Part shown: one piece after another, positions 29,049 through 38,946 of the stretch
Numbering within the stretch: the first letter of the stretch is position 1
Layout: every line of letters begins with the position of its first letter
Assembly (NCBI GenBank): GCA_002749205.1
Contig: PDOP01000031.1
Coordinates: 35,603 to 99,602, forward strand
Reading direction: 5' to 3'
From: Treponema sp.
GTDB lineage: Bacteria > Spirochaetota > Spirochaetia > Treponematales > Treponemataceae
Length of the DNA: 64,000 nucleotides
Notes under the pieces: model-generated
The model's input: only the letters and a program-made list of their open reading frames with translations
Databases searched by the model: none
Told to the model about the DNA's origin: nothing
Position numbers and translations under genes: made by a program

Positions 29049-30956
29049 TTATTTTAAAACAAGTTTTTCTTTAAGAAAACTTTTTATCTGTTTAGCTTTT
29101 TCCGTTCTTAAAAATTTTCGCAACATAGCGGATCTTAATGATCGCTTTTTTATGGTTTGCATAATTGCATTTAAATCTTTATAATAGCCGTTATTCTCAA
29201 ACTTAGGCTCTGTTTTTAGCATATCGAATTTATTTTCCGCTAGTTCAATTAACATTGTATTTAAAAAATAATTATCAGCATTTAAAAATGCAGAGTATAT
29301 AATAGAAGTAATCGCTCCATAACCTTTAACCAAATAATAATCTCCTTCATAACGCATAGGCCTGACATAATCGGAATGTTTTGCATTGGTACAAAGAATA
29401 ACAGCAAGATTATTTTTCCGGTCAATCATAGTCATAGTCCCTGTCCAACCGGTATGCCCGATTGTACCGGGACTCGCACAACCTGAAAACGCCCAAGAAT
29501 AAGCCAAATCTGATTGTCTGCGCCACCCTATAGCATGACTTGCTTTTAAATTGCTTTGATTGGTAAAAAGATTTACAGTATTTAAATCAAACAATTTCGC
29601 AGTACCATACCCGCCTCCGTTAATCATGACTTGTGCAAGCACCGCCAGACTTTCAGCATTTGCAAATAAACCGGCATGACCGCTTACTTCATCCATTGCA
29701 AAAAAACTTTCTTGGTCATGTACACGCCCGTGAACAAAACCTCTATTGCTTTCATTTTTTCTTATACGGGCTTCACCAATTACCGTACCTGCTATTTCAT
29801 TTTTTGAAAACCCTTTATCCATTGGCATAAAACAAATTCGTGATAGCCCAAGTGGCTTGTAGATGTATTTAGAAACATATTTATCCAAAGGCATTTTTGT
29901 TACTTCTTCAATAATAAAAGCCAACAACATAAAATTTATATCAGAATAAACTGTTTCTGTACGCGGGGTATAGGATAAAGGCGTATTCATAATTAAGTCA
30001 AAGGTAATCTTCTTAGCAGGCTTAAATTCTGCAATTGCATTTTTAACTTTCTCTTTTCTGTAATATGCACCACCCGGTCTGAATCCGGATGTATGTCTAA
30101 GCAAATCGCGTATTGTTACATCTTCTTTACCGGTAAACTTGGCGTTTTTTGAATCAGTAAATTCTGGAAAAAAATCTACAACCTTATCATCTAATGAAAG
30201 TTTTTTTTCGTAAACAAGACGCTGAATTGAAAAAGTTGTTGCGTACATTTTTGTATTACTTGCCAAGTCATACAATGTTTTATTTGTAACCGGTATTTTT
30301 TTAGACGCTGAAATTTTACTGTGGTCGGCATTATAAATATTTCCATACTGACTGTTTTTAATAATCTTACCGTCCTTTAATATAATCAACTGAATTGAAG
30401 GAAATCCGTTTTCTATTTCCGCTTCCAAAAGCTGGTCTAAAAAAGCAAAAGCATCATAAGATACACCTTCAATTTTTTTTGAAGAGTTTAATAATTTAGG
30501 ATACGGAATTTTTATGTGTAATTTTGGAAAAGGTTTTTGAGATTTGTATTCTTTTGGAACAATGTTTGAAACATATAATATATTTACACCGTTTTTTACA
30601 AAATCGGAAATGTTAAACTTAACCAATCCATTTTTACAAATTTTTGAAGTATCGATTTTATACTCATTAAGATAACAAGTAAATCTTTCAATGTCTTTTA
30701 CTTCAAAAAAAATTTCACCCTGCCCTTTAAAACAAGTAAACTGATAAAAATTATTTGTCAAAATACCGTCATCATAGTCTTGAGTTTTTTTGGGAATACT
30801 TACATCTAATTGTAAACCAAAAACGCCGCTTTGATTTTTAGACCTATCTTGCAAAAAATCAAATTCCGATTTTGTAATTTTAGTAATATTATTCGGAAAA
30901 GTATAACAGGAAATAAACACAGAAAATAAAACAAACGATAAAACAAACTTCTTCAT
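29049..30956 (-). CDS. serine hydrolase, beta-lactamase/AmiE (PBP4B-like) family, with N-terminal extension, lipoprotein
   Basis: ISC lipobox; SxxK (ASNTK), YSDINF, GHAGLF, GHTGWTG. Confidence 0.85.
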   Translation of the reverse strand: MKKFVLSFVLFSVFISCYTFPNNITKITKSEFDFLQDRSKNQSGVFGLQLDVSIPKKTQDYDDGILTNNFYQFTCFKGQGEIFFEVKDIERFTCYLNEYKIDTSKICKNGLVKFNISDFVKNGVNILYVSNIVPKEYKSQKPFPKLHIKIPYPKLLNSSKKIEGVSYDAFAFLDQLLEAEIENGFPSIQLIILKDGKIIKNSQYGNIYNADHSKISASKKIPVTNKTLYDLASNTKMYATTFSIQRLVYEKKLSLDDKVVDFFPEFTDSKNAKFTGKEDVTIRDLLRHTSGFRPGGAYYRKEKVKNAIAEFKPAKKITFDLIMNTPLSYTPRTETVYSDINFMLLAFIIEEVTKMPLDKYVSKYIYKPLGLSRICFMPMDKGFSKNEIAGTVIGEARIRKNESNRGFVHGRVHDQESFFAMDEVSGHAGLFANAESLAVLAQVMINGGGYGTAKLFDLNTVNLFTNQSNLKASHAIGWRRQSDLAYSWAFSGCASPGTIGHTGWTGTMTMIDRKNNLAVILCTNAKHSDYVRPMRYEGDYYLVKGYGAITSIIYSAFLNADNYFLNTMLIELAENKFDMLKTEPKFENNGYYKDLNAIMQTIKKRSLRSAMLRKFLRTEKAKQIKSFLKEKLVLK

Positions 30957-30962
30957 TTGCAG

Positions 30963-30991
30963 ATTATAGATTATTTTTTTTTAACTGTCAA
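30963..30991 (-). promoter_or_regulatory. consensus sigma70 promoter, leaderless layout
   Basis: TTGACA-17-TATAAT-6 nt-ATG(30956). Confidence 0.8.
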
Positions 30992-31087
30992 GGATAATTC
31001 GATTATAACATGGAAAAATATGTAAATTCATACTTACTTTTATAAATTGACGCAATAAATAAACATAAAGCAAACGTGAAATAATAA

Positions 31088-31404
31088 AGAAAACCCAAAA
31101 TACGACATGAGAAAAATAAAATTGTAATTTTTCTCATGGTCATATCGTTTAACATGATTTTGAAGACCGCCGTTATCCTTTTTGCCGATTAAAATAAAAA
31201 GAATAGACCTTCGCCGGCAGAAGAAGCGTCGAGCCGATTGCAAAAGTCGGTTACTTTAGCAAGTTGCTTAAAAATAAGCTCATTTCATTGCGCTTTTTGG
31301 TATATTTTAAGAAGAAATTACAAAACTCGTCCGGCTTTTGCAATTTCCTCCGTCTATTAAAAAAATCATTAAAGGCAAAAAGATTTAAGGCGGTCGAGGG
31401 TTGG
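31088..31404 (+). repeat. family A element, copy 7 (interrupted by a family C doublet)
   Basis: AGAAAACC..GTTTAACATGATTT..GACCGCC-GTTATC-CTTTTTGCC...GGCAAAAAG-ATTTAA-GGCGGTC-GAGGGTTGG. Confidence 0.85.
31231..31350. mobile_element. MITE/REPIN-like family C doublet (120 bp)
   Basis: terminal inverted repeats GAGCCGATTGCAAAAGTCGG / CCGGCTTTTGCAATTTCCTC, flanked by CGTC/CGTC. Confidence 0.75.
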
Positions 31405-31478
31405 AAGCTAAAAGTATTGGAGCGACTTTTTTTAACTAAATTAAATATTAAATCTCCAATACTTTTAAGCGACAATAT

Positions 31479-32207
31479 TTATAAAATTTCAACCTCACCA
31501 TTAGTTTTCGCTACAAACACGGTCGGAATATTTTTTGTAAAAAAACCGTTTTCCACCACACCCGGTATCGCATTTATTTCGCATTCAAATTTTTCAGGTT
31601 TTATTTTAGAATCAGGAAAAGTTATGTCAATAATAAAGTTGCCGTTGTCGGTAATAACAGGCCCCATTTTACGAACACCATTGCGCAAAATTGATGAGAC
31701 GCCATACTGCTCAAGCGCCTTCATCACACTGAGTCGAGCCTCGGGAACAATTTCAAGCGGAAGCGGAAAATGCTTACCAAGAGAATGCACTTTTTTGTTT
31801 TCGCCTACCACTATAAAATATTTTTTGGAATTATATGCAATTATTTTTTCTTTTAAAAGTGCAGCACCGCCGCCTTTAATTAAATACTTTTTATTGTCAA
31901 CTTCATCGGCACCGTCAATTGCCAAATCAAGCTCACCATCTATAATCCCGGAGCTTAAAGAGTAAACGGGAATGTTTAATTCTTCGCATGCAATTGAAGT
32001 TTGAAAACTTGTCGGCACTGCGACAATATTTTTTAACTTATTCTTACGAATATATTCTGCTATTCTTTTTATTGCAGGCATGGCAGTCGAGCCTGTACCG
32101 AGTCCGACTTTCATTCCCGATTGAAGAATTTTTTCCTTCACCAAATAATCAATTGCAAAATTTCCTGCAAGCTCTTTAACCGCCAAATCATCAAGAACCT
32201 TATTCAT
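31479..32207 (-). CDS. rpiA: ribose-5-phosphate isomerase A
   Basis: GLGTGST, DGADEV, KGGGAALLKEKI, TDNGNFI, GVVENGFF. Confidence 0.95.
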   Translation of the reverse strand: MNKVLDDLAVKELAGNFAIDYLVKEKILQSGMKVGLGTGSTAMPAIKRIAEYIRKNKLKNIVAVPTSFQTSIACEELNIPVYSLSSGIIDGELDLAIDGADEVDNKKYLIKGGGAALLKEKIIAYNSKKYFIVVGENKKVHSLGKHFPLPLEIVPEARLSVMKALEQYGVSSILRNGVRKMGPVITDNGNFIIDITFPDSKIKPEKFECEINAIPGVVENGFFTKNIPTVFVAKTNGEVEIL

Positions 32208-33684
32208 AATCTCTCCCCGTAAAAATATTAAACTGCAAATATGCTTGTGCTTTCAACATTTCATATCCGTTACAAACTTTACAACCTGCCCGCTCGGCTC
32301 GTTGCATAAGTACTGTTTTTTTAGGTTGGTAAATTAAATCAAAAACTTTTTCGTTTCCGTTAAACGCATAGAAGTCCAAGGGGTCTTTGTTCGGGTTTTC
32401 CATAGACCCGACTGTTGTAGTTTGAATAATCAAATCGGAAAATTCTTGCAGAAGAGACAAAGCAACCGAATCCAAAAACGCCCATTTAAAATTATATTTT
32501 TCTGCAAGTTGTGCGGCTTTTTCAATTGTACGATTTAAAATGCACGCCGAGCCTGACATTTCTTTTACAACCAAAGCCACGGAATTAGCAACACCACCTG
32601 CACCTATAATTGCAACCTTCATGCCTTTAAGGCTTTCTCGATTTAAAAAATTCTTTAATGCAATTTTTAAACCTTCAATATCCGTATTATAACCGATTAC
32701 ATTATTTCTGCCTTGTTTTAATAATGTATTGACTGACATAACATTTTTTGCATTATCGCTTAACTTTGAAGTATAAGGAATTACATCTTGCTTAAACGGC
32801 GAAGTTACAGACAAACCACAAATACCTATGCGCTCGGCAAACTCCAAAGCATCATAAGCATTCTTTACGGAAATCGGAATGTAAACCGCATTCATATTTT
32901 TTCTTCTGTAACCTTCGTTATGTATTATAGGACTTTTACTGTGTCTTACATCTTTACCAATAATGCCGAAAACTTTTGTGCGCTCATCTAAATTTTTAAA
33001 ACCGTATACATCATTTAATTCAATCGGATCAATTGCTTCTTTTTCAAGATTGTATTTTTTAATATGCTCTTTTGAAAATGTATAAACTATTTCCGAGCCG
33101 ATTTTTGTTGCAAGCAATCTAGCCGGTAAACTAAACCTACCCGTAGGCGAAATTATATAAGGCTTCATATAATTATTAACGCTTGAAAAAATTTTTGTAA
33201 CATCTTTTAAACATTCGCTTTTAAACGAAAGTTTTACAATGTCCTCAGGAGCCTTTCGAATTTTTTGAATTGTCTGCAAAATATTTTTAACAGGCTCATT
33301 TATACTGTGCAAACTTCTGATTATTTTTATATTAAACGCCTGCGCAACTTCTTCAAAACCCGATGAATCAAAATCGTGTTCAAAATCTACATAGGCAAAA
33401 TTATTTTTTGGATTACTGTCTGCAAACGAAAGCCCGCGTGCAAAAAGAGTTACCCTAGCTCCTTCCCCGCTTGTACAAAATCCGCCGTCAACGACTCGCC
33501 GCAATGTTAAAATTACCGGAACATCAACGAATGCCGGAAATTTTCTTATACTTAAAACTTCATCGCCTTTTAAAAAATCCGCCCTCAATTCGACAATGTC
33601 AATATAATTTTTATATTCATCAATCAAGCGTAAATTTTTTTCAATTGTATCTTCGGTTAAAACCAAACAAATTTTTGCAGACAT
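32200..33684 (-). CDS. aroE: fused type I 3-dehydroquinate dehydratase / shikimate dehydrogenase
   Basis: N-half VELRADFL, ILTLRR..DGG; C-half HSKSPIIHN, SVTSPFK, VNT, GYNTD, GAGG, NRT, DLIYQP, GYEML; start moved to MSAKICLV. Confidence 0.88.
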   Translation of the reverse strand: MSAKICLVLTEDTIEKNLRLIDEYKNYIDIVELRADFLKGDEVLSIRKFPAFVDVPVILTLRRVVDGGFCTSGEGARVTLFARGLSFADSNPKNNFAYVDFEHDFDSSGFEEVAQAFNIKIIRSLHSINEPVKNILQTIQKIRKAPEDIVKLSFKSECLKDVTKIFSSVNNYMKPYIISPTGRFSLPARLLATKIGSEIVYTFSKEHIKKYNLEKEAIDPIELNDVYGFKNLDERTKVFGIIGKDVRHSKSPIIHNEGYRRKNMNAVYIPISVKNAYDALEFAERIGICGLSVTSPFKQDVIPYTSKLSDNAKNVMSVNTLLKQGRNNVIGYNTDIEGLKIALKNFLNRESLKGMKVAIIGAGGVANSVALVVKEMSGSACILNRTIEKAAQLAEKYNFKWAFLDSVALSLLQEFSDLIIQTTTVGSMENPNKDPLDFYAFNGNEKVFDLIYQPKKTVLMQRAERAGCKVCNGYEMLKAQAYLQFNIFTGRDYE

Positions 33685-33747
33685 AAAAACATTATAAACT
33701 AAAATTAAATTTTTGCATAGACCTGTTAAAAATTTATTTGGGTGTTC

Positions 33748-33875
33748 CCCTCGATGAAACTTTTTCATCGAGGGTCGGCGTATCTCGGGCTACGCTTTCG
33801 CTTCGACTAAAATCACGACATAAATTATTGTCGTGATTTTATTTTGTGCCGAAAATTAATATTTTCGGCACACCC
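33748..33875. repeat. cluster of three REP-like hairpins
   Basis: CCCTCGATGAAA/TTTCATCGAGGG; AAAATCACGACA/TGTCGTGATTTT; GTGCCGAAAAT/ATTTTCGGCAC. Confidence 0.75.
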
Positions 33876-33891
33876 CTCAATGTGCCTAACA

Positions 33892-34285
33892 CATGGGGTT
33901 TACGGAAACGTCCTGTTTCCGTAAACCCCGACGAGTTTTGGACTTTCGTCCAAAACATCGCTGTTTTTTTTTAACGCAACATCCGTGTTGCGTTTTTAGT
34001 TTCATGGGTTTCATGCAAACGTCCTGTTTCCGTAAACCCCGACGAGTTTTGGACTTCCGTCCAAAACATCGCTGTTTTTTTAACGCAACATCCGTGTTGC
34101 GTTTTTAGTTTCATGGGTTTCATGCAAACGTCCTGTTTCCGTAAATCCCGACGAGTTTTGGACTTTCGTCCAAAACATCGCTGTTTTTTTTAACGCAACA
34201 TCCGTGTTGCGTTTTTAGTTTCATGGGTTTCATGCAAACGTCCTGTTTCCGTAAACCCCGACGAGTTTTGGACTTTCGTCCAAAA
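33892..34285. repeat. tandem array of ~110-bp three-hairpin units (3.6 copies, no unique spacers)
   Basis: units start at 33892, 34003, 34112, 34222; lengths differ through a poly-T tract. Confidence 0.95.
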
Positions 34286-34349
34286 GATAACTATATTTAT
34301 ATTGACTTTTTTAAATATAAATGATATAACTTTCACAGAGAGGTAATAC

Positions 34350-36056
34350 ATGAAGCTAATCACATTGGTAAAAAAGAATAAATCGTCTTTTTTCTTTTTT
34401 GTTCTCGGTAGTTTTATTACATCAATTTCACAACTTGCAATTTCCATCATTTTTGCTATAGCCATTGGTATGATGCAAAACCCAAGCATTGAAATGATTA
34501 AAAGCCGTGCTTGGTTTGTAATTGCCGGTGCATTAATAGTCGGGTTATCAAATTTTATTGAGCATCGATTTCCGATTAGTTTTAAGCGCTCAATAAATCT
34601 TGAGCTAAAAGCAAAAGCATTTGCAAAGATTATAAATAAGAGCTTTGAACAATTTAATCTAAAATCAAAAGAAAATTATATTTCCAATTTAATAAATGAT
34701 ATTCAACTGTTTCAAGAAGACTTTTTCAACTCTTTACAAGTAATAATGCAATTTATATTTCAAACTGTTTTGCTAATGATTATTTTATTTTTTATTGATG
34801 TCAAATTTGCATTTATACTTTTTGGAATTGAAATAATACTTTTTTTTGTAAGTAAACTTTTTAAAACAAGCACGGAAAAATTAAAGCAAACGGTATCCGA
34901 AAGCAACGAAAATTTTTCTATAGAAGTTTCAAACACATTAAACGGCGCTGAAATTATAAAACTTAATTCAGTAGAACAAATATTTTTGGATAAAACCTCA
35001 ACTTCAATTAACGCTGTAGAAGCAACTAAAAGAAAGTATAATTTACTTTTAGGTTTCCAAAAAAATTTTTTTAAATTATTATCCATTTTTCTCAACCTTA
35101 TAGTGTTTATTTATTGTATGATAAAATTATTTAACGGAGCTGATTTAACATTGATGGTTATTATTATACAATCAGCCATGTTTATAATAACTCCTTCGGA
35201 ATTTATATTTTCCAGTATAAACACATATAAAGCATCAAAAAAAATATACGAAAAACTAACCGATGAAAATGAAGACAAAAATAAAGATAATACATTACCG
35301 AAGCAAGGCATTAAAACCAAATTTGATTTTAATAATAAAATTAAAGTTCAAAACCTGACATTTTCGTATGAAAACAAAATTGTTTTAGACAATGTTTCTT
35401 TCGATATTATAAAAGGAAAAAAATATTTAATTAGAGGCGTAAGCGGAGCAGGAAAAACAACTCTTTTAAACATATTGTCCAAAACTATAGAAAACTATAC
35501 CGGAGATATTTTTATAGATGAAACAAATATGAAGGAAATACAAACAGCCGCTTTTAACGAAAAAATAGGCTTTATTTTTCAAAATGTATTTTTGTTTGAA
35601 GATACAATAAAAAACAATATAGAGCTTTACAGAAATTACTCGGAAAAAGAATTTAATGAAGCCGTCAAAATAGCAGGATTATACAACTTTATTTCTGAAA
35701 AAGAAAAAGGTGCAGAAACAATGCTTGCAGAAAACGGAAAAGACCTTTCGGGAGGGCAACGGCAGAGAATCTCCATTGCCAGAGCAATTATAAAAAATTC
35801 GCAAATTCTTTTTGCAGATGAGGCATCTTCCAGTTTGGAAGCAGAATTAGGCGCTCAAATTGAAAAAGCAATACTTGATTTGGATTCGACGCTAATTGCA
35901 ATCTCACATCGATATTATGAAGGCATAAGTGAAAAATACGATTTCGTAATTGAAGTAAAAAACAAAACAGTAGAAGTATTTCCAGCAAGTGAATATGCGT
36001 TCAATAAAGAAGATTTATACGATGATAGCTCAAACAAAGGAGAGAAACATGATTAA
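34350..36056 (+). CDS. ABC exporter, fused permease/ATPase
   Basis: N-terminal TM domain; GVSGAGKT, LSGGQRQR, LFADEA. Confidence 0.9.
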   Translation: MKLITLVKKNKSSFFFFVLGSFITSISQLAISIIFAIAIGMMQNPSIEMIKSRAWFVIAGALIVGLSNFIEHRFPISFKRSINLELKAKAFAKIINKSFEQFNLKSKENYISNLINDIQLFQEDFFNSLQVIMQFIFQTVLLMIILFFIDVKFAFILFGIEIILFFVSKLFKTSTEKLKQTVSESNENFSIEVSNTLNGAEIIKLNSVEQIFLDKTSTSINAVEATKRKYNLLLGFQKNFFKLLSIFLNLIVFIYCMIKLFNGADLTLMVIIIQSAMFIITPSEFIFSSINTYKASKKIYEKLTDENEDKNKDNTLPKQGIKTKFDFNNKIKVQNLTFSYENKIVLDNVSFDIIKGKKYLIRGVSGAGKTTLLNILSKTIENYTGDIFIDETNMKEIQTAAFNEKIGFIFQNVFLFEDTIKNNIELYRNYSEKEFNEAVKIAGLYNFISEKEKGAETMLAENGKDLSGGQRQRISIARAIIKNSQILFADEASSSLEAELGAQIEKAILDLDSTLIAISHRYYEGISEKYDFVIEVKNKTVEVFPASEYAFNKEDLYDDSSNKGEKHD

Positions 36057-37677
36057 AAAAGCTATACGAAAATCATATCCCATATTATTTATCGCTTTAC
36101 TTTTTGCAATAGCCGGTTCTGCCTTTGCAATACGCTCAAGCTACTTTATAAAAACCATTACGGATAACATTTTAAGCACCGAGCGTAGCATGGTTTTTTT
36201 GAAAGAAAATTCAATAGACATGATAAAATTCGGATTGTTATCTGTAATATTTGCTTTAATCGCAAACTTTTTTAAGTTTTCTTATTCCAAAAAAGCTATG
36301 TTAAATGCAAAAAATCTGTACATAAAAAAACTGTTTGAAAAAGGCATAAATGAATTTCATTCGGAAAACACGGCAAAATATTTTTCAAACATGACAAATG
36401 ATATGTCTAAAATAGAAGCAAAATATGTTATGCCTATTTATAATATTATTTTTAATGTTTGTACCGCTTTGATGAGTATCGGTGTACTTTTATATGTCAA
36501 TTATATTTTGTTACTTTCTGCCATAGGTGTAGGTATTTTTCTGGCAGTAATGATAGCTATACTCGGTATACCTATACAAAAACACGAAAAAGAGTTATCA
36601 ACAATAAAAGGACAATACACAATTTATGTAAAAGAAATCATTTCGTCTTTTCAAATTATTAAAACAAACAACTTGGAAGATAAAGCAAAACATGATTTTA
36701 ATAAACAGTCAGAAAATGTTGAAAACAAAGAATATAAACTAAACAAACTCATTGCATATTTAGTATTGGGTTTAGGTATTATGCTGGGTGTTTTAATATT
36801 AGTTACTATCATGGGCGGCATTTTTTTGGTATATAAGAAGTTAATTACAATAGGAACATTTATATTCGGTTTTAAAATGTTTATACAAATAATAAATCCT
36901 TTTGGACAAATTGGCAGCGAAATACAAGCAATCGTTTCAATAAAAGAGATTTTTAATAAAATGAACGAAAACTTAAAAAAGACTGAGCCCGATAATGCAA
37001 ATATGGAGCTGGCTTCTTTTGATAAATCAATTATACTTAAAGATACTTCTTTTAATTATGAAAATAAACCAATTTTGAAGAATATCAATTTTGAATTTGA
37101 AAAAGGAAAAAAGTATTTAATTACCGGCCCGTCAGGCGGAGGCAAGACTACAATACTCAGACTATTAAGAAAATATTTTAATCCTACTGAAGGAGATGTT
37201 TTTATTGACGAAAAAAACTTAAAAGACATTAAGACTATTTCATATTTTAAACGAATTGCAAATATAGAGCAACAAGTCTTTTTGTTTGAAGACAGTTTAC
37301 GCAATAATATTACATTATATAAAGATTATTCCGATGAAGAAATCAATAATGCAATTGAAAAATCAGGATTATCACTGTTTGTTAAAAACTTAAACGAAGG
37401 GCTTAATTATAAAATAGAAGACAACGGTAAAAATATTTCAGGCGGTGAAAAAGCCAGAATAGCCATTGCCCGAGGTTTAATTACAAAATCAAATGTAATT
37501 CTTTTAGATGAAGCATTTGCAAGTTTAGACAAAGATACTGCCATTCAAGTAGAAAAAACATTATTGAGCTTAAAAGATGTAACAGTTGTAAATGTAAGTC
37601 ATGTTATTTTTGATGAAAATAAAAACAAATACGATAAAACCCTTTTTGTAAAAAACACTAAAATTGAGGTCGCATAA
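36049..37677 (+). CDS. ABC exporter, fused permease/ATPase (partner)
   Basis: GPSGGGKT, ISGGEKAR, LLDEA; AGGAGA SD before ATG 36049. Confidence 0.9.
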   Translation: MIKKAIRKSYPILFIALLFAIAGSAFAIRSSYFIKTITDNILSTERSMVFLKENSIDMIKFGLLSVIFALIANFFKFSYSKKAMLNAKNLYIKKLFEKGINEFHSENTAKYFSNMTNDMSKIEAKYVMPIYNIIFNVCTALMSIGVLLYVNYILLLSAIGVGIFLAVMIAILGIPIQKHEKELSTIKGQYTIYVKEIISSFQIIKTNNLEDKAKHDFNKQSENVENKEYKLNKLIAYLVLGLGIMLGVLILVTIMGGIFLVYKKLITIGTFIFGFKMFIQIINPFGQIGSEIQAIVSIKEIFNKMNENLKKTEPDNANMELASFDKSIILKDTSFNYENKPILKNINFEFEKGKKYLITGPSGGGKTTILRLLRKYFNPTEGDVFIDEKNLKDIKTISYFKRIANIEQQVFLFEDSLRNNITLYKDYSDEEINNAIEKSGLSLFVKNLNEGLNYKIEDNGKNISGGEKARIAIARGLITKSNVILLDEAFASLDKDTAIQVEKTLLSLKDVTVVNVSHVIFDENKNKYDKTLFVKNTKIEVA

Positions 37678-37820
37678 AGAATTAGAAATACTCATAATGC
37701 AATTAAACTTAAAACAGGGCGGCACGCCTTGCTAAATATAATTAAAATATTTTTACGGTTGAATCTGTTTTCGTTTTTAGATATAATGTCAATCGATTTG
37801 TAATGCAAAAAGGAGACCTT

Positions 37821-38789
37821 ATGAAAGTTTTAGTTATAGGCGGAGCAGGATATATCGGAAGCCATGTTACAAAGGCTATGCTTGATGCAGGGCACAGTGT
37901 TACGGTTTTTGATAATTTGTCTTCAGGACTGTTATGCAATTTATTTGAGGATGCAGAATTTATTGCAGGAGATACGCGCCATGCAGATGATATTGAAGCG
38001 ACTTTTGCACGAAAGTTTGACGGAGCAGTTTACCTTGCGGCTTTCAAGGCAGTCGGTGAATCAATGGAAAAACCTGAAAAATATTCTGTGAATAATATAT
38101 CTGCAACAATAAATATTTTGAATGCGGCAGTAAAGCATGACTGTTTAAACCTTGTCTTTTCTTCTTCTGCGGCAGTTTACGGCGCACCTGAATATTTACC
38201 TATTGATGAAGCACACCCAAAAAATCCTGAAAACTATTACGGCTTTACTAAATTGGAAATTGAGCGTTTTTTGAGCTGGTATGATAAGCTAAAAAAACTT
38301 CGCTCTGCATCTTTAAGATATTTCAATGCGGCAGGGTATGACCCTTCGGGAAAAATTACGGGATTGGAAAAACAACCGCAAAATTTATTACCTGTCATTA
38401 TGGAAGTTGCCTCCGGAATAAGAAATGAATTGCAAATTTTTGGAAGTGATTATCCTACACGAGACGGTACTTGTATTCGAGATTATGTGCATGTTTCGGA
38501 TTTGGCAACGGCACATGTAAATGCCTTAAACTACATCGCCAAAAACGATTGCAGCCTGTCGGTTAATTTAGGAAGTGAAACAGGTGTTACGGTTTTGGAA
38601 ATGCTGGAAGCCGCCCGCAGAATAACAGGTAAGCAAATACCCGCAAAAAAAACCGATAGACGAGCCGGAGATCCCGCAGAGCTCTATGCCACGGCAAAAC
38701 ATGCAAAAGAAACAATCGGTTGGAAGCCAAAATACTCGGATGTCGATACAATAGTTTCTTCAACTTGGGAAGTTTACAAAAAACGCTAA
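37821..38789 (+). CDS. galE: UDP-glucose 4-epimerase
   Basis: GGAGYIGSH, FSSSAAVYG, YGFTK, LRYFNAAG, DGTCIRDYVHV. Confidence 0.95.
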   Translation: MKVLVIGGAGYIGSHVTKAMLDAGHSVTVFDNLSSGLLCNLFEDAEFIAGDTRHADDIEATFARKFDGAVYLAAFKAVGESMEKPEKYSVNNISATINILNAAVKHDCLNLVFSSSAAVYGAPEYLPIDEAHPKNPENYYGFTKLEIERFLSWYDKLKKLRSASLRYFNAAGYDPSGKITGLEKQPQNLLPVIMEVASGIRNELQIFGSDYPTRDGTCIRDYVHVSDLATAHVNALNYIAKNDCSLSVNLGSETGVTVLEMLEAARRITGKQIPAKKTDRRAGDPAELYATAKHAKETIGWKPKYSDVDTIVSSTWEVYKKR

Positions 38790-38820
38790 AAAGCACTCAA
38801 AAATATTGACCAACATGAAT

Positions 38821-38860
38821 CAGTCACTTGCAAAAGATGAGTTACTTTTGCAATTTTCTC
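38821..38860. repeat. family C ~40-bp palindrome
   Basis: CAGTCACTTGCAAAAG..CTTTTGCAATTTTCTC. Confidence 0.65.
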
Positions 38861-38946
38861 GAATATTATCTCTTAATATATTTTGACTTGATTAAAATCA
38901 AATTTAGTTGTATAATTAGGTTAAATTTAATATAACAGGTGATTTT

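Noticed and set aside
31040-31965. ORFs 31040..31243, 31251..31475, 31264..31965
   Set aside because: They overlap family A/C repeats or are antisense to rpiA.
33892-34285. CRISPR array
   Set aside because: Units are ~110 bp and essentially identical throughout, there are no unique spacers, and no cas genes are present.
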